A DNA stretch of 64,000 nt, from contig OZ241883.1 in assembly GCA_965203445.1 (NCBI GenBank), forward strand, positions 1,216,001 to 1,280,000, in the 5' to 3' direction. Shown piece by piece: positions 63,801-64,000 of this stretch. Numbering within the stretch: position 1 is the first letter of the stretch; every line of letters starts with the position of its first letter. Under the pieces are notes generated by a model that did not search any database, was not told the DNA's origin, and saw only the letters and a program-made list of their open reading frames with translations. Position numbers and translations under genes: made by a program. The stretch is from Candidatus Oxydemutator sp. (GTDB lineage Bacteria > Pseudomonadota > Gammaproteobacteria > Poriferisulfidales > Oxydemutatoraceae).

Positions 63801-64000
63801 GTTACGGTCACGGCGTTGGTGGCGGATGCCGGTGCGCGTGCCGAGATCAGTCCGGATGACGCGCAAAGCGACGTTGACGGCCACCAGGTGAGGCTGGCGG
63901 CGAGTGCCACCGGCACGGTTACGATTACGGTAACGGTAACGGCTGCGGATGGTTCGGCGACGGAGTACGTCTTGGTGGTTGGTCATGAGGACGTGCCGCC
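48861..64000 (+). CDS. Giant (>5040 aa, runs off the window) secreted repeat protein: 8 modules of GLUG beta-helix + cadherin-like + Ig-like (He_PIG-type) domains
   Basis: ATG at 48861 and a signal-peptide-like MSLFSRQ...STASA. Module starts at 48993, 50997, 53223, 55089, 57057, 58743, 60660 and 62376 all fall in one frame, and the track lists no stop-terminated ORF in that frame. Motifs NGLIEISSLEQLNAIRWDLDGDG, VGGLVGxNxGxIxASYATG, WDFGTSTQYP, VTVTAADGS, LPPGLEFD. Confidence 0.9.
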   Translation, partial: MSLFSRQLHHAYVASVLCVVVSGVGSTASAQTGDTSSTPTVSTADYDANRNGLIEVSSLEQLNAIRWDLDGDGVPTRAGAASYAVAFPNTGGVVCRTTTTATVSCKGYELVSDLDFNTGDPSTRTDDLYYNDGAGWEPIGTCRRRWCSASDSYAATFRGNGHVVHSLFIRRLGENFVGLFDSLGNGSRIEEVSLRDVSVEGREYVGGLVGAVPWDVTDVTISTSHVTGMVSGTDYYVGGLVGFNSGEIVASYATGTVSGTGEFVGGLVGRNDGEIVASYATGAVGGTNFFVGGLVGQNYGKIAASYATGAVRGTNFYVGGLVGRNSGKIATSYATGAVSGGMGDVGGFVGRNSGKIAASYATGAVSASGTGLFVYVGGLVGGNMGEIAASYATGAVSWSGTGLFVDVGGLVGYNYILMGDIAVSYWDTLTSGRGSSDGGTGKKTFELRSPTTYTGIYAAWNVDVDGDGAADAPWDFGTSTQYPTLRHGHGAASVALQRPSQPVISADGSLRGLSVGGATLSPDFRAAVTSYDAASEYDVVTVTALVADAGARATISPEDAQSDIDGHQVRLAAGTTDTVTITVTVTAADGSATEYVVVVGHGDAPSPLEDTAPAFEIAATTLTYTAGASVDQTLPAARDGDGELRYRLTNAGSTPTLTLPSGLEFDAATRRLHGRLTTASSSARYTLTATDGDGNLSPADAARMSIAIIVSPDHDANRNGLIEISSLEQLNAIRWDLDGNGVPTRAGAVSYAAAFPNAGGVVCRTTTGTVSCKGYELISDLDFNTGDEGTRTDDLYYNNGAGWEPISACDRPYSYPYLVSCPGYAATFSGSGHVIYNLFIQRPREKYIGLFGVLMEASKIEGVKLRDVSVVGGGYVGGLAGSLGTDGGWFQSVPGGEITDSYAAGKVSGEYSVGGLVGFNNGDIAASYAMVSVSATEEKYIGGFVGINLGDIAASHATGAVSGTEYVGGLVGLNKGEIAASYATGAVSGRDAGDIVWSKTGEFVGGLVGYNWRGGRIASSYATGAVNGTDNYVGGLAGHNSGDIASSYATGAVNGTDNYVGGLVGISWGGIIASYATGAVGGKDEVGGLVGYNWRGGRIASSYATGAVNGTDYVGGLVGFNRGEIASSYATGAVSGTDYVGGLVGDISIVWWWLGRTVTASYWDTLTSGLERSDGGTGKKTFELRSPTTYTGIYAAWNVDVDGDRAADAPWDFGTETQYPILRHGHGTASVALQQSAQPVISADGSLRGLSVDGATLSPDFRAAVTSYRVASEYDVVTVTALVANAGARAEISPKDAQSDVDGHQVRLAAGTTSTITVTVTAADGSATEYVVVVSHEGAVPPLEDTAPVFDVAATTLTYMAGASVDETLPAARGGDGELRYRLTDAGLTNAGSTPTLVLALAPGLEFDAASRRLYGRLTTASSSARYTLTATDGDGNLSPADAARTSIAIVVLPDHDANRNGLIEVSSLEQLNAIRWDLDGDGVPARAGATSYTAAFPNTGGVVCRTTTMVSCKGYELVSDLDFNTGDPGTRTDDLYYNNGAGWEPIGVCDRSSFIRFLVPCPGYAATFSGNGHVIYNLFIRRPGEDYIGLFGVLMASKIEEVGLRDVSVVGNAYVGGLAGHLRDAVTWRKSGLGGEMITASYVTGAVRGTGWHVGGLVGENDGKIASSYAAGSVSGADGYVGGLVGLNGYGGEIASSYATGTVSGTESVVGGLVGGSWGKIVASYSYATGATSRRETGGWYELISIGGLVGKNGHTGKIVASYATGAVSGAGRFIYVGGLAGVNNGGITASYWDTLTSGRGSSAGGTGKKTSELHSPTTYTGIYAAWNVDVDGDGATDAPWDFGTSTQYPTLRYGHGAASVALQRPSQPVISADSGLRGLSVGGTTLRPDFRAAVTLYHAVSEYDVVTVTAVVADAGARAEISPEDAQSDVGGHQVRLATGAVSTVTVTVTAADGSATEYVVMIRRVDVAPLFDVAATTLTYVAGASVDETLPAARGGDGELRYALTDAELTDAGSTRTLTLPPGLEFDATARRLHGRLTTASSMARYTLTATDGDGNLAPSDAARMSIAIVVLPDHDANRNGLIEISNLEQLNAIRWDLDGDGVPTEAGAAPYAAAFPSTGGVVCRTTTATVSCKGYELMSDLDFNTGDANTRTDDLYYDDGAGWEPIGTCDGTYECHAFDPGYAATFRGNGHVIRNLLIRRPDERRVGLFGYLAGGSRIEEVGLRGVHVEGRKYVGGLAGQSGVRYATGTAVVSIGSSYATGVVSGTSVVGGLAGWNLGGEITASYAAGMVYGGDMTGGLVGVHERKLTASSATATVGGRDWAGGLVGSNEGEITASYATGAVGGRDNVGGLVGYNWGRIAAGYATGAVGGRDNVGGFVGGNPSSGEIVASYATGVAGGRDEVGGLVGHNWGRVAASYATGKVSGERFAGGFVGHNHTWGAITAGYWDTLASGLAWSDAGTGKKTFELRSPTTYTGIYAAWNVDVDSDGAADAPWDFGTSTQYPTLRYGHGAESVALQRPSQPVISADSGLRGLSVGGTTLRPDFRAAITLYHAASEYDVVTVTVLVADAGARAQINPEDAQSDVDGHQVRLATGTTSTVTITVTAADGSATEYVVMIRHEDEAPVFDVAATTLTYVAGASVDETLPAARGGDGELRYTLTDAGLTDAGSTRTLTLPPGLEFDATARRLHGRLTTASSTSRYTLTATDGDRNLSPSDAARTSIAIIVLPDHDANRNGLIEISSLKQLNAIRWDLDGDGVPTATGATPYAAAFPNAGGVVCRATTTRTVSCKGYELVSDLDFNTGDPSTRTDDLYYNADAGWEPVGACDRPYIDPFLPDHVPCPGYAATFSGNGHVIYNLFIRRPGEDYVGLFGVLGSGSRIEGVGLRDVTVSSGKGAVGSLVGVNYEGEIVASYATGAVSGTGYDVGGLVGSNGSTITASYATGAVSGPDVAGGLVGYNWEGEIVASYATGAVGGENIAGGLVGFNWGDTAVRSSYWDTSASGLEWSDGGTGRKTFELRSPTTYTGIYAAWNVDVDGDDVADAPWDFGTSTQYPVLRYGRGAASVALQQSSQPVIAEDGSLRGLSVSGTTLSPDFRATVTSYRTVSKYEDMVTVTALVADAGARTEISPEDAQSDVEGHQVRLAIAAVSTITVTVTAADGSPTEYVVMIRHESAAPLFDAAATTLTYVAGTTVDETLPAARGGDGELRYTLMDALADRLIGALTNVGITQTLVPTLTLPPGLEFDAASRRLHGSPTTASSMARYTLTATDGDDDLSPADAARTSIAIVVSPNHDDNRNGLIEISSLEQLNAIRWDQDGDGVPAEAGAASYAAAFPSAGGVVCRTTTGVVSCKGYELVSDLDFNTGDPSTRTDDLYYNNGAGWEPIVGYAATFRGNGHVIDNLFIRRPGEDRIGLFGFLADGGRIERVGLRGVSVVGKDSVGSLVGVLTGVRYASRTAIASIVSGYATGTVGGEDNVGGLVGSNWRGGEITASYATAKVNGTGQYVGGLVGGNWKRGRIAASYATGAVSGTKYVGGLVGVSYNGGEIAASYATGAVSGTSRVGGLVGGNGRYAEIVASYATGAVSGRDHVGGLAGISAGEIAASYATGAVSGTEDVGGLVGGNGNVRWLSKIETASYWDTLTSGLERSDGGTGKKTFELRSPTTYTGIYTAWNVDVDGDDVADAPWDFGTSTQYPVLRYGHGGASVSSQRPAQPMISADGSLRGLSVSGAMLSPDFRAAVTSYDAAAGHDMATVTAVVADAGARAEISPEDAQSDIDGHQVRLATGAASTVTVTVMAADGSATEYVVMISYEDTAPVFDVAATTLTYVAGASVDETLPAARGGNGELRYTLMDGLTGRLTSALTNVDVTQTLARTLTLPPGLEFDATSHRLHGRLTTASSMARYTLTATDSDGNLAPSDAARTSIAIVVSPDHDGNRNGLIEVSSLEQLNAIRWDLDGNGVPTATGAASYAAAFPSTDGVVCRTATEVVPCKGYELVSDLDFNTGDPSTRTDDLYYNNGAGWEPIGGYAATFRGNGHAIRNLFIRRPSEDRIGLFGSLAGDSRIERVGLRGASVVGNDDVGALAGQAGAQDATGTTIIASHATGAVRGEERIGGLVGRNLGRIAAGYAMATVGGAWDVGGLAGWNSGEIVAGYATGTASGRLNTGGLVGANSEGGTIAASYATGAVGGQSNTGGLVGADSKGGPITASYWDTMTSGRAWSAGGAGRKTFELRSPTTYTGIYAAWNVDVDGDGAADAPWDFGTSTQYPVLRYGRAAASVSRQRPAQPMISADSSLRGLSVSGATLSPDFRAAVTSYRAVADRDVVTVAALVADAGARAEISPRDAQSDVDGHQVRLATDTTDTVTVTVTAADGSATEYVVMIRRMDVAPVFDVAATTLTYVAGASVDETLPAARDGNGELRYTLMDGLTGRLTGALTNVGVTQTLARTLTLPPGLEFNAATRRLHGSLTTASSTLRYTLTAVDGDGNLAPNDAARTSIAIIVLPDHDGNRNALIEISSLEQLNAIRWDLDGDGVPTEAGAASYAAAFPSTDGVVCRTTTSVVPCKGYELISDLDFNTGDPSTRTDDLYYNDGAGWEPIGTCSWWCFASDGYVTTFRGNSHVIDNLFIRRPDEDRIGLFGVLGSGSRIEGVGLRDARVEGDDYVGGLAGLAVGRTPIISTNYVTGAVSGMDDVGGLVGYNNGEITASYATGAVRGTNAVGGLVGFHRGEIFASYATGAVRGRDSVGGLAGRNESVQIAASYATGAVRGRYNVGGLVGKNDVEIFASYATGVVSGTGDVGGLVGDNWRGEIAASYATGAVSGTDDVGGLVGYNNGEITASYATGAVRGRYNIGGFVGRGRGTVTASYWDTLTSGRDSSADGTGKKTFELRSPTTYTGIYAAWNVDVDGDEAADAPWGFGTETEYPILRYGHGTASVALQRSAQPVISADSSLRGLSVVGTTLSPDFRAAVTSYDAASEYDVVTVTALVADAGARAEISPDDAQSDVDGHQVRLAASATGTVTITVTVTAADGSATEYVLVVGHEDVP

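Noticed and set aside
49404-63986. Repetitive minus-strand ORFs (PHEAAY...ADRARRVTGGY)
   Set aside because: They are antisense translations of the GLUG repeats of the giant plus-strand gene.

Overview
GC-rich Gammaproteobacteria-like chromosomal segment. A host-associated or marine-invertebrate symbiont lifestyle is only an inference from the giant repeat proteins. The housekeeping backbone is amtB-glnK, rph-rdgB-hemW, rpmE, an M48 protease, a 5'-3' exonuclease, hemH, priA, ftsH-glmM-tpiA-secG-tRNA-Leu, tRNA-fMet, Fur-regulated fbpABC, and ilvE-hldE-waaF...hldD. Five accessory blocks interrupt it. (1) A candidate defence cassette in which a TIR-TPR module is fused in frame to a MORC/GHKL ATPase-histidine kinase, followed by a receiver protein and a convergent vsr plus C5-methyltransferase pair. 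(2) The most striking item: a 1370-bp element (17732-19101) that encodes only an intact-looking TnpB but has perfect 26-bp terminal inverted repeats and an 8-bp target duplication (TAATTTTT). These are DDE/IS1595-type ends rather than IS200/IS605 ends, and its omegaRNA-like 3' region appears refolded around the right TIR. (3) A signal-peptide-bearing SpvB/FG-GAP/Rhs toxin-like protein with a ~250-aa helical insertion, plus an orphan adenine methyltransferase, next to tRNA-fMet. (4) An ABC-ATPase-TOPRIM gene inside the heptose operon. (5) A >5000-aa open-ended ORF from 48861, absent from the ORF track, built of 8 GLUG/cadherin-like/Ig modules with hypervariable Cys-bounded loops.
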